Below, piece by piece: positions 23,329-34,126 of a DNA stretch of 44,444 bases. A program made the translations under genes and the position numbers. Position 1 is the stretch's first letter; each line of letters begins with the position of its first letter. A model generated the notes under the pieces. The model was not told the DNA's origin, did not search any database, and saw only the letters and a program-made list of their open reading frames with translations. The stretch comes from Octopus bimaculoides (Eukaryota), in contig NC_068983.1 in assembly GCF_001194135.2 (NCBI RefSeq), positions 106,095,676 through 106,140,119 on the forward strand. The letters run 5' to 3'.

Positions 23329-25715
23329 GTGTGTGTGTGTGTGTGTAGATATCAAACAATGAGAATGAGTACTCAACACCGCATTGGTGGGTACAGATTT
23401 ATTTGTAGATTAAGGCTATCATTGGTTTCATGTAAAGGAAGCCCTTAACAGTTATCAAACTTGTCACAGGGGACATCAGTGTTTATCTCCGGAAATGAAC
23501 ACTGATATTCCATGTGATAGGCTTGATAACTGTTAAGGGCTTTCACAACATGAAACCAATGGTAGCCTTAATATATATATGAAGCAAGCACCGTCTCGAG
23601 TTCTAGGACTTATAGGACAGGTTTCCAAGTGATCGAGATTACAGCATTTCCACTGAACGAGATACTGGTCCGTTGCAGGGTTACTCATTTACAGCTGAGT
23701 AGACAGGAAAAACGTGAAATGAAGTGTTTTGCTCAAAAACATAACGCACCGGCCGGTCCGGGAATCCAAAGCTCGATCTTGCGATTGTGAGTGTACCACC
23801 CTAACTACTAGGTCACTTACCTTCATTGTACCAGTACCAGTAATATATAATATATCATAATAAAAAACAAACTACATCCTTACACAGCGACTCTCGTGCT
23901 TATTATTAAGTAACATATTCAAAGAGAATATTTCTTTTTACGTAGATTCGTATTATGCTTATGTCAAAGCATCCTAATTACATATGCTTAGTCTGATATA
24001 TATTAAAGCCAATATCTCAAGCATTTTTACAATATACATTTGTCTGCAACTATGAAACTGCAGTCTTAAAATAAAATTAACGAAATTTCAGTTGGTATCA
24101 TTAAGATAGGGAGAATGAGTGGGAGAAAAAATATCAAATTAGTCAGTCAGATGATACACGAAAAAAAACAAAAAACAGAAAAGCCGAACTATTGATTTCA
24201 CAAAGTAAAGAATATATATTATAAAGTAACGTGTGCTGTGATGTAAACAGATTGTAACATGGGAAGGAAATACAAGAGAGACGGTCGGAAACAGATTAAC
24301 AAAGTAATAAGGACTACAAGCTGGTAGTATACGATCCAGTGAAAACCGTCTACAACACATTTTGTCCCGGGTCGGCCTTGACTGAGCAGATCCATAATTA
24401 TAAACGTTCCAGTGAAGACCATCTCGCCTTCTTGCTAGAAGAGTGTATCCCAGACTGCCTTGTCTTTTATCATGTCTTTTTTTTTATAAGACAGGGTGTA
24501 ACTTCAAGGAGATTTGGTCGATATTTCTAGCAGGTTGATAGACCACGTAGATTCCATCAGTCTCGTAGCCGTAATCATAAAAGAGTACAAAAATGAGAGT
24601 AAGTTGCTGAAAATTAGTTTAAAAAAATTTGGTCAATGAACATACAATTAGGCTTAAATAACATATGGTTCCAGACAAGAATGTAATTTTAAAATTATCA
24701 AATAAGAAAAAAGTTTTCTGAACATTGATAAACATGTACATAACACTTTCCTACTCTTGGAAAAACATGACAGGCTTTCTTCAGTGAATCACTGTTCTTT
24801 GGTTTCAGATTTCAACCAATTTATATAAAATGATGAATAAAGCATTCAACTTTTTAACCTTTACAACAACGAATAAATATTACAAAAAGAATCTCTAAAT
24901 TGCAGTTTTAGAACTGGAAACTTTCGGAGCAGGGATCTCGGCTTGTCTTTTTCACATTTGTTTGACAACTTAAGGATTAATTTAGACACAATAATTATAA
25001 GAGTAAAACAGATATTAATCAGTTTTTAAAATATGAGAATTTTTTCTCATTTCCATCTACACTAAAAAATATTCCTGTGGGCAAAACATACGGAGATTCA
25101 TTCATTTGATAAGGAATCCTGAACCATTAAGTGCTACTGTGGTCATAACGGTAAATAACATCAACAACGGTCAATATCCATTACTTTGACAAACCAAAAA
25201 GAGAGCAACTAAGTGGTCACTTGAGCCGTTAGAAGTACCAGCTAAATCTCCCTCAAATCGCACCCGGCCGTCTTAAAAAAAAGGACACGTTGGATAATGC
25301 GGTCCCAAGTTTCACGAACATATGAGAAAAAAAGCCCAGGGAAGTCATGCCTGGAATGTTTTTGATCATAAATCTGCTTGTTCAGTGTTGACCAGGGATT
25401 CAACAACAACAACAACAAGCATTATTTTGACGACCAACAATCAATATTCAATTCACAGGCATAACAAAACAACTATTTGTTTTAAATTGAGTAAGACAAT
25501 AAAATATTTATTCGCCAGAAAAAAAAAGCTGTATGGACGTTAGGTCAGAAAAACGAAGAGCAGTGTCATGAGGCTGAGAAGGACGACGTTTCCCAGTGAC
25601 ACTTTCCGAAGGAAATTTAAATCTTCGGGGTAAACCAAAAGGTAATTGAACGCTCTTCGTCTCAGCTTCACGCGGTATATTTAAAATGCCTGTAACCTAT
25701 TGCTGTATAGCACTG

Positions 25716-25792
<77 letters not shown>

Positions 25793-27878
25793 TATATATA
25801 TGTATATATACATACACATAAAGAGAGAGAGAGAAGGAGCAATGATAATCCAATCTCATTCACGGAGGATAAATTTTAAATCCGTTTGGTAATGCACAAT
25901 CTAAATAAATGTATTTAGCTATTTTACACGCTTCTAATAATGATATTTTATAATCTTTGATGCTCAGTAAGAGTAAATAAAAAGTGGCAATATATATTTT
26001 TTAAGCGATATCTGAAATAACCACACACACAGACGCGCACGCACTCATAAGGTACATGAAAATCCGTTATTCCCAATTGTTTTATATATATCTAAATCAA
26101 GGACCACATGGAGTGTGACGGTTTGGTGTGGTGTGTATATAAACAGCAGCAAGGAATTTGAGTTACTGGAACAACATAATTATAAAAAATAAATAAATAA
26201 AACAAATTAAAAATAAAAAGCTGTATCGCATAAACTTGTTTGAATATCGCTGACAACCACAGATGGATATTTATGTATCTTTCAAAGCAGATAAAGAAAC
26301 AAAAGTAATTTTTTTAAATAATGCATTTCATTTTCAAATTAAAAATCGAGCAATTACAGAGATCAATTTTCTGTTATATTAATGCAATAATGCAACAAGT
26401 AAGAATCATTCTCTAATTAAAATTAATTACATTTTAAACTACGATAAACAAGTGGTGTGTTCGTAGTGGATGCAACATACACCATAGGCTTTTTGTTGTT
26501 AAGCCTCACTTATACTCCAATTTAAGCAGACCTATTTTCGAAGTGTTCCAGACATGACTATCCCATCTTAATTTGAAACAATGGATCGAGGACTATAACT
26601 CTTCTATACATCCTGCCTTTTTTTTTTTTTTTTGGAAAGAGCAGGGTGTGGTTTGAAGGGAATTTGGTTGTTATTTTTAGCAGATCGAGCGATTATGTAG
26701 AAGATCTTGTGTTGAGGCTCGATTTGACAATTACAAAGACAAGGTAGAAATTCCATGTATCACAGGTACCATTTATATAGACCATGGGCTAACGGAAGAT
26801 GAATCAACACCGACATGATTTTTTTTTTTATTTCTAAATTCATGCCGGTTTGTTTGACCTTGTATTTTAATCCTTAATAATCGATACTTAGTACCAGTAA
26901 TATACTATTATGGAATCAATCAACTAAAAAAAAAAAAAAACAAGGTTGAAATATTAAAGTAAAGTATTAGTCCTACAGCTTAGAAATATGGAATTCATGT
27001 AGTGTAGCTGTGTTCCAATATGTAGTTAAGCAGGACAATCCTGCAGATATCGCAGACGATCTATCGTGAAATGAGAGATGGAGTTCTAGGCATTATGAGT
27101 ACCACAAAGTTTAATTTCTTCTATTAAAATATTAAGTTTTATATACAAAAGAACGTTCAACATAAAGTTGAATCTCTTTAAAACAAAACCAACAAGAACA
27201 AATAAATCATGAAAACTATTTTATAAAAATTCATAGAACTGTAAAAAAATACAACTATAAAATTGTCTAAGCCTAATAGTTTAGCAATTAAAGGATTAAG
27301 TGTAGGCTAGGGTAAATTAAAAGTTGGGTAGAAATAATTTGACCTAAAATGACCTGCATAACACAGATGATGCGAACACCTGCGTAAGCAGATTCCTTCA
27401 CTCGCTCCACACGGGTGAAGTTCAAGGATATTCTAGTTACAAAGCGAGAAACTTCTCAAAGAAAACTAAAATTCAAAATCAACAAGGGGAGGATCCAAAA
27501 TAAATAGTTGTCAAATATTATCTTTAAAATATGTGGATAGACTTACCGACAGTTTTTCACAACACAACCAATCGTAGCTCCATTTCTACGGCAGAACGTA
27601 CATTTAAGACGTGAACCTCTGGATTTTTCTTTCCAGATATCTCCCGGTAGAAACCCAAAGATCCCGTCTTCTTCTGTTTTACCTTTCTGTGAAAGCCCAC
27701 TTGAAAAAAGCATACAGAAATAATGGACTGTCATTCTACATTTTTGTACTTTACGCCCGAAAATTTCTTCGTTGTCATCTGTTGTTTCACAAAATAAACA
27801 CATATCAGAATATTGAAATGTATCATCTTGACTCTTTTTCTTTTTCCCCTTTCGATTTGGACGTCCAGGTGATGTCAT
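15253..27878 (-). CDS. G2E3: G2E3/PHF7-family (pineapple eye-like) PHD/RING zinc-finger E3 ligase, 785 aa, no HECT; complement(join(15253..16962,17795..18110,27547..27878))
   Basis: Three exons with canonical sites and matching phases. The product contains an extended PHD (CLFC...TVHYFCMLFSSGL...GIFGF...CTFCRRNGATIGCVVKNCRKVFHFGCG...FCPSH), a RING-like finger (CVIC...RAPCCKNTWFHRTC...FFKCPLC) and a PHD (EQDAAWE...CDLDVCLC...KWEIIVCHWCGSQGCHVGC...WSCPPC). This is collinear with the N-terminal half of human G2E3. Orthology to G2E3 versus PHF7 is not resolvable here. Confidence 0.92.
17795..18110 (-). CDS. G2E3: G2E3/PHF7-like exon 2 (KVFHFGCG...CPLCCNKELFQ)
   Basis: Acceptor atctttacag, donor GTATGC. 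316 nt; completes the Arg codon split from exon 1. Confidence 0.93.
20515..20653 (-). mobile_element. Old tRNA-derived SINE 5' part
   Basis: Reverse complement has a tRNA-like head followed by ttgtgtccttgaacaaagcac and cagtctacttaattgtaaatgag, as in 20731-20930 and 29345-29470. Confidence 0.5.
20731..20930 (+). mobile_element. Old tRNA-derived SINE (head-to-head with the previous copy)
   Basis: gtgtggcatagtagtgag A-box-like, ggttttgattctc B-box-like, then gagttcttgaacaaaacactttatttcatgttgctcc. Confidence 0.5.
22957..23288 (+). mobile_element. 5'-truncated SINE family A
   Basis: Well-conserved body from accttgggcaagtgtcttctactatagcctcggg to gcagtgctccagcatggtcacagtcaaatgactgaaac, flanked by (TA)n tracts. 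Confidence 0.8.
23410..23571. mobile_element. 162-bp loop-less imperfect palindrome bounded by TTAA; Kolobok-like MITE
   Basis: The two 81-bp halves align without indels (13 mismatches), centred on TCCGGA. Termini are TTAA-GG...CC-TTAA. Confidence 0.75.
23583..23821 (-). mobile_element. tRNA-derived SINE
   Basis: Reverse complement has a tRNA-like head (cctagtagttagggtgg...ttggattcccggaccgg), then gtttttgagcaaaacacttcatttcacg and ctactcagctgtaaatgagtaaccc. Confidence 0.6.
25718..25833. repeat. (TA)n(TATG)n...(GA)n compound microsatellite
   Basis: Read directly from the sequence. It explains the YIYI ORFs. Confidence 0.95.
27547..27878 (-). CDS. G2E3: G2E3/PHF7-like coding exon 1 (MTSPGRPNRK...GCVVKNC-R)
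   Basis: ATG at 27878 in aacATG context with an in-frame stop upstream. Donor GTAAGT at 27546-27541. 332 nt. Confidence 0.93.
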
Positions 27879-27910
27879 GTTGAACGATAATGGTTATACT
27901 TCTGTCCAAC

Positions 27911-27947
27911 TTCCCGCCATCTACGATCTCACACATTTATGACGTCA
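27911..27947 (-). promoter_or_regulatory. Putative core promoter/5'UTR motifs of the G2E3-like gene: overlapping E2F-like GGCGGGAA and YY1-like AGATGGCGG, plus a CRE palindrome TGACGTCA
   Basis: ttcccgcc at 27911-27918, ccgccatct at 27914-27922 and tgacgtca at 27940-27947, all within 70 nt of the ATG in otherwise AT-rich sequence. Confidence 0.5.
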
Positions 27948-29344
27948 CAACAAGCCCTTCACAACGAGGTTTTAGTAACAGCTTACAAAAATAGGAACTG
28001 GATCGGCAAAAGTTTTATCAAATAATTCTAAAATGAACTATATTCATTTTACAATTATTTGATAAAATTATATTGTCTATAGAAATTTAAAACAGTCTTT
28101 TCTTAAAAATCAATACATTTATCAGTTATATTATCAATATTCGTATCTACAGCTTTTGAGCAATATGGTTTACTATTAGATTATGTTTTTCGTTTTTCGT
28201 ATTTTTATTTTTAGTAATTTCTGACGAGCTTTAGAAACTATATAAGATTTATCTTATTGTCTCCCAATTAACTTTTAGACTCATCAGCAATCTTTCGATT
28301 ACAACGTTTAAATTATATAACTTTTCAAAGTATATTTTAACGGCTCATACCTCACCAAGTCAATTAATAGCCACAGAGTGACTTTCTCGGACAGAATAAT
28401 AATTACACATCCAACTTTTTATTAGTTGTTACTACTATCCGGCATAATATATTTTGGTTACTGATCATGCGATTAAGTAATAGTAATAAATAAATATTAA
28501 ATTCGGTGTATTTACAGTTACTTGACTTGATTCGTCTATATAGATACATGCATGCATGAGAAACTGCTAAGTTAGCATTGCCTCAACTTCTACCGTCTGC
28601 TAAATATGAAATGGTGAATTACAATGCCGCTCTAATTCTCTCTCTCTCTCTCTCTCTCTGTCAATCTTTCGCGCGCAATTTTGATATATTTACATTTTCT
28701 AAATAAATAAATACAATTGTCTGCAACCAAGAGCAAAATAATACTAAATATATGTCGTGGACCCCATATGAATGCCTGATCAAACTAACTGCTGTGACAA
28801 CAAAATAAAATGCCACGAAGTATATTAATTAGTATTTATCAACGACACCGCCCATATTACAATATAGAAGGTCAGGCGTCAAATGTTGCACTTAGTGTTT
28901 CAAGGACAGGTCTAATATAATATTTGTATAAAATAGGATATGATGGATTGGCGAGACAGTTTGAACGATGGACAAAATGCTTTGCCATTTTACTTAAGTC
29001 GTTCTAAGTTCAAATCCTACAACGAACGAGTTTGCTCGTCAACTTGGAATCGATAAAATAGATACCGGTCAGGAACTGGAACTGATTTTTATCGAGTGTA
29101 ACACCCTCTGGATTTGAGATCTTATATCTATATTAGAGATCAATATTTGTATACAGAGAACAGAAAAAGTACAGTCAATCACTACTCGTGAGTATGAATC
29201 GATTACATGTACTACGCTTTCATTAATTGTTTTAGGTATCTATGTAACCACAAGCAAAGACGCCCATTTGGCCCCTCACCTTTAATCTGGCGGAACGTCC
29301 AAAATGTGACAGCTGGTGGAAGAGAATGTACTAGCACTTTGACA

Positions 29345-29470
29345 GATATTCATTACAGCTGAGAAGACTGGAGCAACATAAAACGGAGTGTCTTGCTCAA
29401 GGACACAACAAATCGCCCGGTCCAGGAATTAAAACCCCAACTTCCTGATCGTGAGTAGAACACCCACCAG
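29345..29470 (-). mobile_element. tRNA-derived SINE 5' part
   Basis: Reverse complement has a B-box-like ggggttttaattcctgg, then ttgtgtccttgagcaagacac and tgttgctccagtc. Confidence 0.55.
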
Positions 29471-29503
29471 CCCATGAGCTTTCACGTAGAGAGAACCGAG
29501 AAT

Positions 29504-29665
29504 TGTAGTGTAGCTACAGTGGGGTTTGTAGGGGCGGCCCGCCCCGGCCGGCACTTTTAAAGGGGTTCCACTTTTGGGTCTGCTGTAGGCAATATGTGTT
29601 TTTTGTGGGGTCCGGAAGCAGCAAACGGAAGGGCCGCCCCGAGCAGCACACACTCTACGCTAGTG
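29504..29665. mobile_element. GC-rich degenerate MITE-like element
   Basis: Exact inverted GGGGCGGCCC (29531-29540) / GGGCCGCCCC (29631-29640). Degenerate ends (gtagtgtag / ctacgctagtg) resemble CAGTGGCGTAG-type hAT termini. No TSD found. Confidence 0.35.
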
Positions 29666-29972
29666 GGTAGATAGGGCAGCAGACTGTAGACCAAAAGATT
29701 TAGGGCTTGTATAATAATATCCACACTGTTGTATCTATAACCAAGACAACCCAGCCCGTCAAAGAAAAAAAAAAGAAAAAAAAAAAAGGTACTGTGGAGC
29801 AGTTCAGCCCATCGGTGTACGCAGTGAGGGTGGTGGTATAATTGTTTAGTGTCTCATTTTCTTTCAGTACAAGGCTCAAACATTCATATATGCATTTAGA
29901 GAAATGTGAGCAGATATTTGGTGAAATTAAATTACTGATCAAGTACTGGTGTCAATATACCGACGACGTCAA

Positions 29973-30165
29973 GGCGGCGAGCTAGTAGAATCGTTATCAT
30001 GCCGGACAAAATGCTTTGCGACATTTCATCCGTCTTTACATTTTGAGTTTAAAATTGCCTTATATCCTTTCTGGGGCCGATAAAATAAATACCAGTTGAG
30101 TGCTGGGAATCGATGTAATTGACTTCCCCCTCCCTGAAATTGCTGGCCTTGTGCCAAAATTTGAA
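29973..30165 (+). mobile_element. SINE with family B head and a different tail (...attgctggccttgtgccaaaatttgaa)
   Basis: Starts ggcggcgagctagtagaatcgtt as in 6807; the tail differs after the gatgtaattgact block. Confidence 0.7.
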
Positions 30166-30811
30166 GCTAGTTTGTGACCTTTGTACCTATGTTAACAAAT
30201 ATTATTGGTATTTAGAGGAGGAAAAGTAGTACCCATGATCTTTGCTAACACTCCTAAACTAGGAAGTCGGTGCAGTCATTGTGCACTTTGACCTTCTATG
30301 GGTAGAAAGAAAGTTCCAGGTGGTCGCAGTTTTGGACATATTGAAAGATAGTGAACAACATATTTAGTGTGGGTTTTGAGTGAGCTGAGATAGCAGATAT
30401 GACGGGGGTGGGATGGAACAAAAACTAGACAAGTCTGGCGTGAGGGTGTACCAGGTGAGTTGAAGTGGAGGTGGTTTGAGTTGGCCTGAGACGGCAGAGA
30501 TAAAGAAAAGAAGACATGCATTAAAAACACTATAACATAATCTGAACACTATTTCAGAAAATTATCTCCGTTCTCTTTGAGCATATAAAACAAAAATTTA
30601 GCTGCAGTAAAATGAATAAGACAAAATAAAGTAAATTTGCCTGTTCAGTTCTCCAGAATTACATTCGAAAAAAGACTCATATACATCAATACCCATCCTT
30701 GGACATCAGAAACGTAACAAAAACTTAAACTATCAAGGTCAAATTGAAAGAGGACCATAGAAAAATGGCCCATATGAAATTAACGAAACTAGACTAAAAC
30801 ATACTCTATAG

Positions 30812-30992
30812 CAGTACTCCGTAACCTTTTTTCACTTGCAGTACACTTCTTTTCAAAATTCGGCGGCACACCTGAACTAAAAATATTACTGAACCTATAG
30901 GGAGAAAAATTATATCCAGGTTACACTGTGGCACACCTAGCATTGTCTCATGGTACACCAGTGTGCCGTGGAATACCGGTTGCGGAGCACTG
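30812..30992. mobile_element. hAT (Charlie-like) MITE, 181 bp
   Basis: TIR CAGTACTCCGTAACC versus reverse complement CAGTGCTCCGCAACC (13/15). 8-bp TSD CTCTATAG (30804-30811) / CTCTGTAG (30993-31000). Confidence 0.82.
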
Positions 30993-31779
30993 CTCTGTAG
31001 CTTCTTCACGATCTGCAGGAATGGCTCTTTTCATATATTTACACACCATGAACAGAAATTATTGAAAATAGTCATTACTCATTAGCACCATTTTAGACAT
31101 CATCTTTTGAAAATTGAAAATTATCTAAGTAGACATTAGTTCGGGAAAAAAATTGACTTGGAATCCAGCAGAGAAAAGAATATTGATTGTTAAACACCAG
31201 AAATTATCCAGATATTTTATTGGTAACCTCAACTACAATCAGGTCAAAGTTGAGGAAAAATTTCTAGAATAAAGTACCGGTCAACTGACTATGTTTCAAA
31301 CTCTCTCAACTTCAATTACAACAACAATGCTGATCAATTTTTACTCTCGGAGGTGATGCAACAGCACAAAATAATGATACAATACTTGCAATGTATTGGT
31401 TTCAAACAGGTAACAAGAAAGTAACAAATCAGAAGTGACTCATTCTGCCCTACCCCTTCCTTAAAATAAATATCAGAGTACTAGGGGTCGATATAATAGA
31501 TTAAAAGTCTTGAGGTATCTAAGCATTATGACTATCCAGTGATTGAAATAAAAGAATAGAAAGAACATAATCGTTCGTATAAGCAATGAGATATAATCCT
31601 GAATATACGTTTAATTATTACAACACCCAAATAAAATTTACATCAATATTCAGCTCATCATACTCACTGGGAAAGAACTGTTTCCTCTTTACATCCAATC
31701 AGCATTAAAATAACAGCGAACTTTTTCTTAGACTTTATATTTTCAGAGATTTCCACTACAAGGCAAGACTTCCTTTTGT

Positions 31780-32215
31780 NNNNNNNNNNNNNNNNNNNNN
31801 NNNNNNNNNNNNNNNNNNNNNNNNNNNNNNNNNNNNNNNNNNNNNNNNNNNNNNNNNNNNNNNNNNNNNNNNNNNNNNNNNNNNNNNNNNNNNNNNNNNN
31901 NNNNNNNNNNNNNNNNNNNNNNNNNNNNNNNNNNNNNNNNNNNNNNNNNNNNNNNNNNNNNNNNNNNNNNNNNNNNNNNNNNNNNNNNNNNNNNNNNNNN
32001 NNNNNNNNNNNNNNNNNNNNNNNNNNNNNNNNNNNNNNNNNNNNNNNNNNNNNNNNNNNNNNNNNNNNNNNNNNNNNNNNNNNNNNNNNNNNNNNNNNNN
32101 NNNNNNNNNNNNNNNNNNNNNNNNNNNNNNNNNNNNNNNNNNNNNNNNNNNNNNNNNNNNNNNNNNNNNNNNNNNNNNNNNNNNNNNNNNNNNNNNNNNN
32201 NNNNNNNNNNNNNNN
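31780..32215. other. Assembly gap (436 N)
   Basis: Run of N, with G11 on the right edge. Confidence 0.99.
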
Positions 32216-33941
32216 GGGGGGGGGGGCAGAGGAAATCTTTCCCACTTCTCAATGGTTAGTGTCTGTTCATACAAGAGGAATTTTAGTATTTCTCTTGAAA
32301 GTGCTTGAAAGTGTCTCTAATGAATATATATGAGAAAAAATAATAAAAAAACGAAGAATTTGAGAGTTATGTCTGTAAGATTGAATTTTCTTGAAGGTCT
32401 GTATGGCTTATTTAAACCCTGCCGGCTTTAAAAAGTGCAATTTTCACTCAGTTGTTAGCTTTGTATACGTATAGACGCAGAACTTGGGATACTTTTGTAT
32501 TCGTTTGATATGAACCAAGCGAAACTTCGTAGTATATCAGTTTTATATAGATCGTTTGAACTAAAAGTTTATTCTAGCGTAGTGTTGAGGTGGTGGCAAT
32601 CTTTCGGTTTATGACTACAAAGTGGAAGGTTATCAAAAGCAAACAACATTGATATTTTTTTTAAAATTAATTTTTTAAAAAAATCTTTTTTAATACTCCT
32701 AATAGTCCGGAGAGGAAAATTAAGATTTGAAAGAGTTTTTTGGAATTGGGTGCAAAAAACGTAATCTCCATCATTGAAAACCTAAGAATGCAAAGAAATT
32801 TAGAGAAAAAAAAAAAAGAAAGAAAAAAGCAATGTTGTGTTGCTTGTTTGACTTGTCCACCAGCATAATAATGTTTGCTGAATAGCGTCAATATTTCCAA
32901 CGATATATTACCTTACAAATAGCAGAACTAGCTGAAGATTTCTTTTTTAATAGTTTGTAGTAAAATAAATGCATTCAATATAGTGAAATAGTTTTAACTG
33001 TTTACTGATTGAAGGCTTTAGTAAATCTATTTTTTTTTACAACTTCTCATTTTTTATTCTTTCATTCTCACCGTCCTCATCTTTTCCCTTTCACCACAGT
33101 TTATTGCTGTATTTGTGAGTGAAATATTCATTGTCATTTTTTTCGGTCGTGCGTGTGGGAAAAATAAACTTTGACCAATAATAAAATGGATTTAATGAAT
33201 AAAATTACTGTTATTTCGTGAAACACTGGAGTCAATGTAATCGACTAAACCCCTCCCACAAATTTCAGGCCTTATGCCTATAGTAGAAAGGATTATTTTA
33301 TTCCTCCAAATAAATTACCTGAAAATCATCTAGATCTCGAAACAGCTTGCGACAGATTGGTTTAACGGGAGACAACTCCAAACATGTTTCCCTTGTATTC
33401 TGAACAGCCCTAGATTTTTTCATGCCAACCAGTTAAAAAAGAAATGGGATTCTCCGTTGTTTTAGCTGAGTACTCCAGTTGTTCAATCAGTTAGATTATC
33501 CATTGTTTTAGCGTGCAGATGGTTGAGTATTCCACAGGCACGAATAATCTTAAATGTAATTCTCAAACAGAATCAGCATGGCACAAAGCGTGACAAACCT
33601 GACCTTTGAATTATAAGCACAATCCACCTGACCCAATTCTATACAGTTACCGTCTCTCCTATTTCACTTACAAGCCTGTAGTAAACCGATAAAGTGCTGC
33701 GCAATGAGATCGAATTCAGGAAATCATGATTGTTTCGTAGCCATGTCTCCGCCTTCCAAGCCGTGTACATCATTGTACTCTTACTTAGAGATTCCCCAGC
33801 AAATATAGTTGAATTTCATGCTTTGCCGATGCAGCGCGAAGTTTGAAATACACCTGGAGTTATCTACCATATGTGTCGAATGAATTAAAGAAATATTAGT
33901 AAATAGCTAATATTTTCCTCCTCATTGCATAATAATTTCGT

Positions 33942-34126
33942 ATTTCTTTATTGCCCACAAGGGGCTAAACATAGAGGGGACAAACAAGGACAGACAAAGG
34001 GATTAAGTCGATTACATCGACCTCAGTGCGTAACTGGTACTTAATTTATCGACCCCCGAAAGGATGAAAGGCAAAGTCGACCTCGACGGAACTTGAGCTC
34101 AGAACGTAACGGCAGACGAAATACCG
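33942..34126 (-). mobile_element. SINE family B, 3' portion (body and tail); the 5' head is at 35799-35844
   Basis: Near-identical to the reverse complement of 6853-7037. Stops at ...gacgaaataccg, where the ORF1 element begins. Confidence 0.9.

Noticed and set aside
24360-25440. Inverted pair of old repeat fragments (24360-24570 and 25200-25440) in the G2E3-like intron
   Set aside because: Recognisably homologous but too diverged for a convincing duplex; ordinary repeat debris also seen near 26640 and 41740.
28221-28245. CTGACGA...GAAAC hammerhead-like string
   Set aside because: Only GCTTTA lies between the motifs, so stem II cannot form, and there is no NUH or stem III.
32216-32226. G11 run at the gap edge as a possible G-quadruplex
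   Set aside because: Its context is hidden by Ns, and the homopolymer may be a sequencing artefact.
31664-32333. Four long ORFs made mostly of X
   Set aside because: Artefacts of the 436-N gap.
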